From: an uncultured Nitrososphaerota archaeon
GTDB taxonomy: Archaea > Thermoproteota > EX4484-205 > JAAOZO01
DNA length: 64,000 nt
Direction of reading: 5' to 3'
Assembly: GCA_964408285.1 (NCBI GenBank)
Contig: CAYOYV010000002.1
Location: forward strand, 32,001 to 96,000
In this document: piece after piece, positions 20,480 through 29,131 of the stretch
How the letters are laid out: every line of letters begins with the position of its first letter
Numbering within the stretch: the first letter of the stretch is position 1
Position numbers and translations under genes: made by a program
The notes under the pieces: generated by a model
Told to the model about the DNA's origin: nothing
Databases searched by the model: none
Seen by the model: the letters and a program-made list of their open reading frames with translations, nothing else

Positions 20480-20638
20480 TTATCCATGTACAGCTATAGA
20501 GCTTAAATCGCTCTGGACTTCCCCAAGCCATGGGATGCACGAAAATTCGTGAATGAAATCGAAGAAAGATTGAAGGTTCCAGTCACATTAATATCAACTG
20601 GACCAGAGATGGAAAGCACTATAGATAGAAGGGCCTAG
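20480..20638 (+). pseudogene. purA: Remnant of adenylosuccinate synthetase, C-terminal end only
   Basis: 20534-20638 translates [34 protein letters not shown], matching the short archaeal PurA C-terminus. An in-frame TAA lies shortly upstream and the N-terminal bulk is absent. The left boundary is approximate. Confidence 0.78.
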
Positions 20639-20812
20639 TCGAGACCCCACAGTTCGGCGAGAAAGCCAGTAGAAGATGGTGTTCGTGCTTGATTCATCAC
20701 CCATGGCGAATCTGTGCGATACAACGAATAGTGAAGCAATATCACAGGCGGCATTTTGATGATGTAGGTTAGGCAATATCTATATTAATTCAAGACACCT
20801 GCCCTTTCAAAC

Positions 20813-22099
20813 ATGCTCGACATCAAGCTGATCAGGGAAAGTCCTGATAGGGTTAGAGAGAACCTCTCTCGGAGAAACGACAGTACTATCTTGGATTTGC
20901 TTGACAGGGTCATCGTGGCAGACAAGAAATGGCGCCAATTGCAGACCGATTTGAATACGTTGAGGCATGATAGGAACGAGATTTCATTGAAGATATCCGA
21001 TCTGAAGAAGCATGGAAAGGACGCTTCGAGTGAGCTACTCGAGGCAGAGAGAATCTCAAAGACGATATCGGGTCTGGAAGGCGAGTCTGACGAATTATCG
21101 GGGTCAATTCACTATTGCTTGATGAGGCTCCCGAATCTTCTGGACGAGGGCGTTCCATATGGGAAGGACGAGACGCAGAATGTCGTGATCAGGGCCTGGG
21201 GGAGGCCCCCGAAGTTTGATTTCGCCCCCAAAGACCATCTTTCAATATTGCTTGATCTAGGATTAATAGACGTAGAGAGGGGTGCGAAAACAGCCGGCGA
21301 GAGATTCTACTATTTGAAGAAGGATCTTGTCCTTTTGGATTATGCGATATTGGACTTTGGATTGAGGTTCATGATAGACAAGGGCCACATACCAATAGAG
21401 CCGCCCTACATGATGAACAGAAAGGCCTACGAAGGCGCAACAGATTTGGCCGATTTCGAGAATGTGATGTACAAAATAGACGGAGAGGATCTATACATGA
21501 TAGCTACAAGCGAGCATCCGATGTTGGCGATGTTCATGGATGAGGTGCTTCTGAAGGATGCCCTTCCGATGAGATTCGTCGGAATCAGTCCTTGTTTCAG
21601 AAAGGAAGTGGGAGCGCATGGGAAATACACAAAGGGACTTTTCAGGATGCATCAGTTTCATAAGGTGGAGCAATTCATATTTTGCGTCCCCGAGGAGTCT
21701 AGAAGATTCCATGAGGAGTTGCAGCAGAATAGTGAGCAGATGTATCAGAAACTCGGCATCCACTACAGGGTCTCATTGGCTTGCACTGGGGACATAGGAA
21801 CAATCGCTTCAAAGAGGTATGATGTCGAGATGTGGATGGCTGATGGCAATTATAGGGAGATAGGGTCGAACTCTAACTGCACTGACTATCAGGCCAGAAG
21901 GTCAAACATAAAATATAGGGAGAAGGAAGGGCAACCTCCTGTCGGATTTGTGCACACCTTGAATAATACGGCGCTTGCGACCAGCAGGACACTCATCGCG
22001 ATGCTGGAACAAAATCAGAATGCTGATGGTTCAGTGACCATACCAGAGCCCTTGAGGGATTACATGGGAAAGGATAAGCTCGCTAGATCAGAAAAATAA
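20813..22099 (+). CDS. serS: Serine--tRNA ligase
   Basis: MLDIKLIRE, coiled-coil arm, ATSEHP, CFRKEVG, GLFRMHQFHKVEQF, SNCTDYQARR, HTLNNTALA. Confidence 0.98.
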   Translation: MLDIKLIRESPDRVRENLSRRNDSTILDLLDRVIVADKKWRQLQTDLNTLRHDRNEISLKISDLKKHGKDASSELLEAERISKTISGLEGESDELSGSIHYCLMRLPNLLDEGVPYGKDETQNVVIRAWGRPPKFDFAPKDHLSILLDLGLIDVERGAKTAGERFYYLKKDLVLLDYAILDFGLRFMIDKGHIPIEPPYMMNRKAYEGATDLADFENVMYKIDGEDLYMIATSEHPMLAMFMDEVLLKDALPMRFVGISPCFRKEVGAHGKYTKGLFRMHQFHKVEQFIFCVPEESRRFHEELQQNSEQMYQKLGIHYRVSLACTGDIGTIASKRYDVEMWMADGNYREIGSNSNCTDYQARRSNIKYREKEGQPPVGFVHTLNNTALATSRTLIAMLEQNQNADGSVTIPEPLRDYMGKDKLARSEK

Positions 22100-22138
22100 G
22101 GCGGCAGTCGAATCAGCGCTATAGTCAGATGGCCTAGT

Positions 22139-23155
22139 TCATTCCAGTGAGATTGGATGACCTGACTCGGCAGATTTTATTATCGAACTGATGACCTTGG
22201 TTACTGCAAGACCATCTTCTCCGAGCACAGGAGGTTCAACGCCTTCCGCAACAGATCGAACAAAGCTTTGAAGACCCTCTCGAACAAAGCCACTTACACC
22301 TTCATCAGGAAGGACATAGACATCCGGGAATTCTGCTTTGCCCTCGCCAATAATCTTGAGACTCCCATGGTGGGATCTATCAATCCTTATGGCCGCTCTT
22401 TCCCCAAATACGTCCATCTTGAAATCGACAACAAACGGTTCCCCCCTCGGTAAGATCCAACTATTTTCCATGACTGCAACACCTCCTCCTCGGAACTCTA
22501 TGAGGCTTTCATAGAAGTCCTGGACCGGGATGCCCATTGATTCCAATACGGTTGATCTTGAAACTCCAAACACCTTCTTGGCCTCATCGTTGAAGAACCA
22601 CCTTAGCAGATCAAAGACATGGCTACCGAGGAACCAGAGGACACTTGTCTGCCTCGACCATTTTATCATCTCCGTTGGAACAAAAATCGTGTCGCTTAGT
22701 CTTGCATATGCATGTATGAGCTTCCCCGTTTTCCCTTCCTCTATCGTTTTCCTAGCCAATCTGAAGGGGGGACTCCACCTATTGCTGAAATTCAACATTA
22801 GCTTGACTCCATGTTTTCTTGCCTCGCTCACAATTCGCTCGGCTTCTGATACCTCAGTTGCAAGGGGTTTCTCCACCAACAGGTGTTTTCCATTCTCAAT
22901 TGCTGAAATAGATGGTTCGAAATGCAGATGATCCGGCGTACAAACTGAAACCAGTTCTATCTCTGGATCTGCAGCAAGGTCGTGATAGTCTCCGTAAGTC
23001 TTTGGAACGTGATATTCTTCAGCAATCTTTTTGGCTCTTTCGACGTTACGATCAGAGACCGCAACTAGATCAGCGTTCGTAATGCTCCTGAAGCATTTTA
23101 CCTGATGTTCTCCTTGGATGCCAACCCCGATCACGCCGATGTTGACCTTCTTCAT
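22139..23155 (-). CDS. Gfo/Idh/MocA oxidoreductase
   Basis: GVIGVGIQG, CTPDHLH, VEKPLA, SHVFD. Confidence 0.9.
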   Translation of the reverse strand: MKKVNIGVIGVGIQGEHQVKCFRSITNADLVAVSDRNVERAKKIAEEYHVPKTYGDYHDLAADPEIELVSVCTPDHLHFEPSISAIENGKHLLVEKPLATEVSEAERIVSEARKHGVKLMLNFSNRWSPPFRLARKTIEEGKTGKLIHAYARLSDTIFVPTEMIKWSRQTSVLWFLGSHVFDLLRWFFNDEAKKVFGVSRSTVLESMGIPVQDFYESLIEFRGGGVAVMENSWILPRGEPFVVDFKMDVFGERAAIRIDRSHHGSLKIIGEGKAEFPDVYVLPDEGVSGFVREGLQSFVRSVAEGVEPPVLGEDGLAVTKVISSIIKSAESGHPISLE

Positions 23156-23284
23156 GTAGCAAGCGCCGGCCTCGAAAATTATAAGTCTGAGCTGGCAGGC
23201 ATCCAACGAAACCGAATTCGACTATACTTCTGGTGCGCAGTCCCATAACTCTAATTAGGGGTCTGCTGCCACTTCAATACAGGG

Positions 23285-24421
23285 TTGAACTCTCGGGAAA
23301 GGGTCGTGCGAGCACTCGATCTGGGGGAAGCTGACAGGGTGCCGCTTTTCGAGATGCATATACCACCGAAGATATCCTCGAGGATCCTAGGCAGAGACGA
23401 AGTATTTGTCGGGAATACAGATCTTGTGCATGACCTGATTGCCAGAGGATACGACATCGATAGGTTGAATGAGAAGATATCCGATGAACTGGTTGAGGTC
23501 CACGCAAGGGCAGGACTTGATTGCATTAGGGTTCCGGGGGCATATGGGAAAGTAGGGGAGATCCGCAGAGAAGGAGACGGTATCTGGGTGATAGATGGAA
23601 AGCATTACAGATATTCAGCTGACTCGCTTTGGGACCTAGATGAGCCCAAGAGCTATGATCCTGATGAAGTGTTAAGTGAAAGTCACGAAATGGCAAACAG
23701 CCACTTCACAGATGGAGCGATATTCTCCATTCTCGAGAGAATCGCGAAAGAAGTAAAGGGATCTTCGTTCCTTTCTTTTGACGCCGACGGGTCTTGGGGG
23801 CCGATTGTCTCGAAACCATATCTTCTGCTGAGTGTCATGGGTTGGGTATATACTAGGCCAGATGTCGTGGAAGCCCTTATTGATGTTTTCACTCGGCAAG
23901 CCATAGAAAGAGGAAGGACGGCCATAGATCTCGGAGCCGATGCCATATTGATGTGCGTGGATTACGGTCATAGCAGTGGTCCATGGATTTCTCCCGAGAT
24001 GTTCAGAAGATTCGTTAAGCCTGCCCTGATCAGACAGGTCAACGCGTTCAATGATAAGGGAGCCTACGCAGTTCTTCACTCAGATGGCAACATCGCAAAG
24101 ATTCTGCCAGATGTGGTAGACGCAGGAATAGATGCCTATCAGGGTATAGACGTGATGGCTGGAATGGATCTGAAGACAGTGAAGGAGCAATATGGAAAGA
24201 GGACATGTCTCATAGGTAACGTCAATCCAAGCATAATCGAGTTCGGAACCAAGGAACAAGTATGTTTGGAGGTATCAAGGTGCATTCGGGACGGAGCTCG
24301 AGAGGGCGGTTTCATTCTTTCTGCTTCTGCGAATGTCTCGATCAATACGAACTTCGAGAACTTCAAGCTTATGTTGGACTATGCCAAGAAGATAGGAAGA
24401 TACCCCTTGTCTCTCAGTTGA
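23285..24421 (+). CDS. Uroporphyrinogen-decarboxylase/MtaA-CmuA superfamily protein
   Basis: MNSRERV..AL....DRVP, D.G....PWISPEMFRRFVKP, HSDGN, LIGNVN, GGFILS. Confidence 0.85.
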   Translation: MNSRERVVRALDLGEADRVPLFEMHIPPKISSRILGRDEVFVGNTDLVHDLIARGYDIDRLNEKISDELVEVHARAGLDCIRVPGAYGKVGEIRREGDGIWVIDGKHYRYSADSLWDLDEPKSYDPDEVLSESHEMANSHFTDGAIFSILERIAKEVKGSSFLSFDADGSWGPIVSKPYLLLSVMGWVYTRPDVVEALIDVFTRQAIERGRTAIDLGADAILMCVDYGHSSGPWISPEMFRRFVKPALIRQVNAFNDKGAYAVLHSDGNIAKILPDVVDAGIDAYQGIDVMAGMDLKTVKEQYGKRTCLIGNVNPSIIEFGTKEQVCLEVSRCIRDGAREGGFILSASANVSINTNFENFKLMLDYAKKIGRYPLSLS

Positions 24422-24558
24422 TGGTGCGATTCCATGTTCTCCATTGGTTTGTCAAACGCCGGGGATCGAAAGTCCAGTATCGATCGTAGAGAGAATCAAT
24501 TTTAGATCCGGAATAACCTTGAAGAATCCTTTAATCCAACCGAAATTGCTCACTACAT

Positions 24559-25458
24559 GTGAAGGTACTAGTAACTGGAGCCAACGGCTTCGTGGGAAGG
24601 AACATAGTTCCTTACCTCAGGAAAATGGGCCATGTAATCCTCACCACTGATCTTGATTCAGGGGGAGCTAGAGGTGACATAACCGATAAGGGCTTCGTTC
24701 TTCAGACCCTGATGAGACATGATTTCGATTCCATAGTCCACCTTTCAGCTGTAGCAGACGTTAGGAGATGTATAGAGGATGCCCATAGATGTTATGAGGT
24801 CAACTCATTTGGAACTCTGAATCTCTTGGAATTGGCAATCAGAAAGCGAGTCAGGAGGTTTATCTATAGCTCGAGCGCCAATGTCTATGGCGTGCCTCTG
24901 GAACTCCCGGTGCACGAGACAACTCCATTCAACCCAAGAACCCCCTATGATGATTCCAAAGTCATAAGCGAGAATCTCATCAGAAGCTACGGCAAGCACA
25001 AGGGTTTGCGATTCGTGATATTGAGGTCGTGGAAGCTGTTTGGTGAGTATGACATCCCAACCACTGCAGTCAGCAGATTCATTCTTGCCTGTCTCAGAGG
25101 TAATCGGATCGAATTGTACAACGGGGGAAAAGATACTACCGATCCATACCACATTGAGAATTATTGCATGGCAATTCAATTGTGTCTAGAGAAGGATGAA
25201 GCAGTGGGTCAAGCATTCAATGTTGGAACGGGAAACGAGGTATCTATAAGACAACTCGCGGAGCTCATAAAAAGTCTAACGAAATCCGGTTCAGAAGTCG
25301 TTGACCTGCCGCCAAGGAGCGTTGCTGAGTCACAGCCAATGAGGAGCTATCCCTCGATAGACAAGATCAGGAAGACTCTTGGCTATAAACCAATGATAGG
25401 TATTGAGGAAGGCCTCAGGAGAACCATCAGATATCACATTGACCATCCCAACTCATAA
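24559..25458 (+). CDS. NAD-dependent epimerase/dehydratase (extended SDR, GalE-like)
   Basis: VTGANGFVG, SSANVYG, catalytic YDDSK, FNVGTG. Confidence 0.92.
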   Translation: MKVLVTGANGFVGRNIVPYLRKMGHVILTTDLDSGGARGDITDKGFVLQTLMRHDFDSIVHLSAVADVRRCIEDAHRCYEVNSFGTLNLLELAIRKRVRRFIYSSSANVYGVPLELPVHETTPFNPRTPYDDSKVISENLIRSYGKHKGLRFVILRSWKLFGEYDIPTTAVSRFILACLRGNRIELYNGGKDTTDPYHIENYCMAIQLCLEKDEAVGQAFNVGTGNEVSIRQLAELIKSLTKSGSEVVDLPPRSVAESQPMRSYPSIDKIRKTLGYKPMIGIEEGLRRTIRYHIDHPNS

Positions 25459-25486
25459 GCATCGAATCCCCTGGGGCGTCCGTGGC

Positions 25487-26170
25487 TCATGCCAAGAGGA
25501 CAGCCATGATTCCGCTCAGGAATACACCGTCGAATGTTCCAGCTCCACCTATGCTCGCCATCCTTGCACCAATGCTGGGTATGGCAGGCAAATTGGTCAG
25601 ATCAGCTCCTATCAGCGTGCCTAGAACGCCCGATACGTAGGCTATTGCATAGGGTGCGTTTGAAGGAATAAGGATGGCCGTAAGAGCTGCGACAATCGGA
25701 GGCACAAAAGCAGGCGTAACTATCCCGACGCCACGCGTTGGCCTAGCAACCAAGTGGGCCACGATAGCAACGATGAATATTCCAAGAACGGCCTGAGGCA
25801 AAATGGAGATGTAACTGTATAGGACATAGAATGACAGGAGCGAGGGAACCAGAGCTCCTCCTACGTTTATGGCAATTATCGTGGTTTGGACTTTAGTTGT
25901 GGTGCGCGGAACCCTGTAAAGTACGCCAAAAACCTTCACGTATTCATCAACGACATCATAATGCTCAGCCGGAATCCGTGCTATAGGTATGTTGACATAG
26001 CTTCCCAAGAGACTGGATCCTATTATCAGGATAGCGCTCAGAGGACTCAGCCCGATTTCTCTAAGGGCGGCTCCAACGAAACCAAGAAGAAGAAAAACAA
26101 GAGCTATTGTTGCGATGACCCCAAGCAGGAAGAGGAAGGAAGGATGGACTGGCGAATGCAGGGATTTCAT
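25487..26170 (-). CDS. DUF1614-family membrane protein
   Basis: GSYVNIP, INVGGALVP, GTLIGADL, ASIGGAGTFDGVFL. Confidence 0.92.
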   Translation of the reverse strand: MKSLHSPVHPSFLFLLGVIATIALVFLLLGFVGAALREIGLSPLSAILIIGSSLLGSYVNIPIARIPAEHYDVVDEYVKVFGVLYRVPRTTTKVQTTIIAINVGGALVPSLLSFYVLYSYISILPQAVLGIFIVAIVAHLVARPTRGVGIVTPAFVPPIVAALTAILIPSNAPYAIAYVSGVLGTLIGADLTNLPAIPSIGARMASIGGAGTFDGVFLSGIMAVLLA

Positions 26171-26470
26171 GATCTAGAGGCATCACCTTGTTTGGTCTTT
26201 GCATTTAATTGTTTCCGGGTCATTTCAATATGAGTCGGTGTACTCTTTCATTGGCCGGGCGCTCTGACAGCCAATAGACCGAGACCTCTATTGTATCATC
26301 CAATCGCGCCCGTCTTGTTCGTGGGTCTGGCAGACTCCCTAGGATCGGCCGCAACGAATGGCGAGCCCGTTCCGCCTATAGTACGGATTGCCGTGTTAAC
26401 TGATGCTAGTCCTATTTGCCGGCATTGAGGAAACCTCTCACACTTAAATTCATGTCCGATAGAAATACTG

Positions 26471-27448
26471 GTGTTGGCCAAGGACCACATTGTCCGCGTA
26501 GGAATAGTCGGGTATGGTGGTATGGGAAAGCTGCATGCCGACAACGCAAGAAAGCTCGGCCTTTTTGGGATAGAAGCAATAGCTGACATATTGGCTGAGA
26601 GAAGGAAGGAAGCTAAGGCCGAATTGGGGGTAGCAACTTACGGGGACTATCGGAGAATGCTGGATTTAGAGGAAATCGAAGCGGTCTTTGTCACAACCCA
26701 ACCCAACACTCACGCCGAGATTAGCATCGAAGCGGCACGAAGAGGAAAGCACATCTTCTGTGAAAAACCTTTCACTCCCTCTCTTGTTGAGGCTAAGGAT
26801 GCCCTGAAAGTGATCAAGAAAAGAAAGGTAGTTTTCCAACTTGGGTTGGTTCTGCGATATACGGAATGCTACGGTCTCCTGAGGAGAGTCATCTCAAATG
26901 GAGAACTCGGGGACATCTTTGGTGCTCAGGCCAGATATGGAGGATATATGTTGAGTTACAAGCCCCACTTCGACAGGGGACATGACAGGGGGATGGTCAA
27001 TGGCAACACGATTCACATGATAGACATGTTACGGTTTCTATTCGGGCCGGTGAAGGAGGTGTGGGCAAGATTCGACAGAGGTTTCCCAAAGGGAACTGAA
27101 CTCGCTGGAGTGATTTCGTTCAGTCACCTGAACGGAGTCATGAGTGATCTCTACGCCTCAGGAGCGATGAGGGTTGGTTCATTCCTGTTCGTAAACGGCT
27201 CAGACGCAGATGCCGTCATTGAGAACAATACTGAATTGACCAAATTGAATAAGGAAGGATCACACAAGCTACTGCGGGCGAACGTTGGATTCCAAGAGGA
27301 ATTAGAGGCCTTTTGGAGGAATATTGTACTCGGAGAGCAGAACTTGGCTGGGCAGTCCGAAGCCTTGGAACTATCCAATCTGATGGAGTCGATATATCTG
27401 GCCGCTATCAAAAGAGCCGCGGTGCGGGTTCCTAGAGCTACCCTGTAG
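26471..27448 (+). CDS. Gfo/Idh/MocA oxidoreductase
   Basis: GIVGYGGMG, FCEKP, IHMID. Confidence 0.9.
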   Translation: MLAKDHIVRVGIVGYGGMGKLHADNARKLGLFGIEAIADILAERRKEAKAELGVATYGDYRRMLDLEEIEAVFVTTQPNTHAEISIEAARRGKHIFCEKPFTPSLVEAKDALKVIKKRKVVFQLGLVLRYTECYGLLRRVISNGELGDIFGAQARYGGYMLSYKPHFDRGHDRGMVNGNTIHMIDMLRFLFGPVKEVWARFDRGFPKGTELAGVISFSHLNGVMSDLYASGAMRVGSFLFVNGSDADAVIENNTELTKLNKEGSHKLLRANVGFQEELEAFWRNIVLGEQNLAGQSEALELSNLMESIYLAAIKRAAVRVPRATL

Positions 27449-27510
27449 ATGACTGGACGAGATCCCGCGGAAACGAATCAGGCTTATTAGAGAGCCAGAT
27501 CATAGATGCG

Positions 27511-28014
27511 ATGGGAATGAGCGAGGAGGCAAGATATCGAATCAGAGTGAGGTTCGGCACAACTGAGATAGAGGTCCAGGGAGACAAGGAGTTCGTGGAG
27601 AAGAAATACAGCGAGCTATTCGAGAAGCTTTCAACAGAAAGCCCAATGGCAAGACCGTCTGCCCCGACTAAGTTAGAGGCCCCAGTTGGAAAAACACCGT
27701 TCCCAGAGTTCATAGCGGAGAAGTCTAGGAGCGTGAACAAAGATCCAGACGATCTAACTGGCTCGCAGAAAATGATGGTAATCGCATACTATGAGTACAG
27801 GTACAGGGGAAAGGACTTCTCATACGATGATGTCGCGGCGAGCGCTTCTGAGGCAAGGCTGAGTGGTTTGACTAATCCTAGACAATACACATCCGACCTA
27901 ATCAAGAAGGGTTACCTACAGGAAGTTCAATGCCCGCAGGAAGAGAAGAAGAAATGTTTTAGGATATTGAGGAGAGGAATCCAATACGTGGAAAGCGACT
28001 TCCAGATCGAATAA
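27511..28014 (+). CDS. Hypothetical protein with probable C-terminal winged-helix domain
   Basis: N-terminal IRVRFG..EIEVQGD..FV; C-terminal NP.QY.SDLIKKGYL...FRILRRGIQYV, a wHTH wing pattern. Confidence 0.65.
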   Translation: MGMSEEARYRIRVRFGTTEIEVQGDKEFVEKKYSELFEKLSTESPMARPSAPTKLEAPVGKTPFPEFIAEKSRSVNKDPDDLTGSQKMMVIAYYEYRYRGKDFSYDDVAASASEARLSGLTNPRQYTSDLIKKGYLQEVQCPQEEKKKCFRILRRGIQYVESDFQIE

Positions 28015-28116
28015 GTCTGAAAATGATGGAGAGTTGAGATGACTGGCATCACGACGAGATAGATGCCTGTCGAATTTCCAGATAACATTAAAAACGGGAC
28101 CAGATATTCCTTGTTC

Positions 28117-28926
28117 ATGAAAGTGTATGTTGTGACTGATTTGGAGGGAGTTGACTGCGTCGTTCTTCCCAGGCAAGTCGGTCTCAGTGGTACAGAGGAC
28201 CCCATGTACCAAAAAGCTAAGCACCTCCTTACACAGGAGGTGAATGCGGCCGTAGAAGGAGCATTCAGCGCAGGGGCGGAACAAGTACTGGTTCTCGACG
28301 GACATGGGGCAAACTCCGCATACAATCTGGTCGTTGAGGAGCTCTCAGAGAAAGCGCACTATGTCCTCGGTTCTCCATGGGACAAATACCTGCCTCAGTT
28401 CGACAGGACGATAGATGCCGTCTTCATTGTTGGTCAGCACCCCATGGCAGGGACTAGGAATGGCGTGCTGGATCATACCATGTCTTCGGAAACTTGGGTC
28501 AACGCCTATATCAACAATGTGAAAGTGGGGGAGATAGGTTTCATAGCATATTATGCCGGATACTACGGAGTGCCTGTGGTACTTGTCACAGGGGATCATG
28601 CCGCCTGTGAGGAAGCTAAGACTTTGATAGGGCCTGAGGTGGAAGTCGCACCTGTGAAGTTCGGCCTGAGTCGCACAAGTGCGAGATGTCTATCCCCAGC
28701 AAAGGCCAGGAGCCTCATACGGGAAAAGGCAGAAGCGGCTCTGCAGAATCCAAAGTCCGTGAGGCCACTTCAGACAAGCTCTCCTGTTGAAGTAAGAATT
28801 GAGCTTCTGAACACGGCAGCAGCGAAAGGATTTCTCTCTAGGAAGTCCTCAAAACTGATTGATGAAAGAATTGTGGTCTTCACCGGGGACAGCATAGCTC
28901 AAGTATACGAATTCATGTTCGGTTGA
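28117..28926 (+). CDS. dppA: M55 D-aminopeptidase (DppA family)
   Basis: MKVYVVTDLEG, EVNAAVEGA, DGHG, GQH, LDHT, VTGD. Confidence 0.9.
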   Translation: MKVYVVTDLEGVDCVVLPRQVGLSGTEDPMYQKAKHLLTQEVNAAVEGAFSAGAEQVLVLDGHGANSAYNLVVEELSEKAHYVLGSPWDKYLPQFDRTIDAVFIVGQHPMAGTRNGVLDHTMSSETWVNAYINNVKVGEIGFIAYYAGYYGVPVVLVTGDHAACEEAKTLIGPEVEVAPVKFGLSRTSARCLSPAKARSLIREKAEAALQNPKSVRPLQTSSPVEVRIELLNTAAAKGFLSRKSSKLIDERIVVFTGDSIAQVYEFMFG

Positions 28927-29131
28927 GCCCTTAACATTTCTTGTTTATCGAGGACTGCATCGCAAAAGGACGTTACGAATGTCTCCTATGTAATCCTTCT
29001 AGTTGCTGCAAGGAGCATGACCTGAGTGCTCTTGAAGCGAATTCAGTAGTCGGTGAGTGCCTTGTGGACCCCTCACTCTAGCAATGCCAACAAAGAATAC
29101 ATAGAACCATCCAACCCCTAGTTTAGGGAGA

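Noticed and set aside
20676-20759. Short ORF starting MVFVLDSS, resembling a PIN/VapC N-terminus
   Set aside because: Only about 27 codons with no further PIN motifs; could be chance.
23285-24421. Calling this gene hemE
   Set aside because: It lacks the HemE RQAGR motif and has no tetrapyrrole gene context.
26171-26470. GC-rich intergenic stretch considered as an ncRNA or tRNA
   Set aside because: No cloverleaf, T-loop or convincing long stem found by eye; a covariance-model search would be needed.
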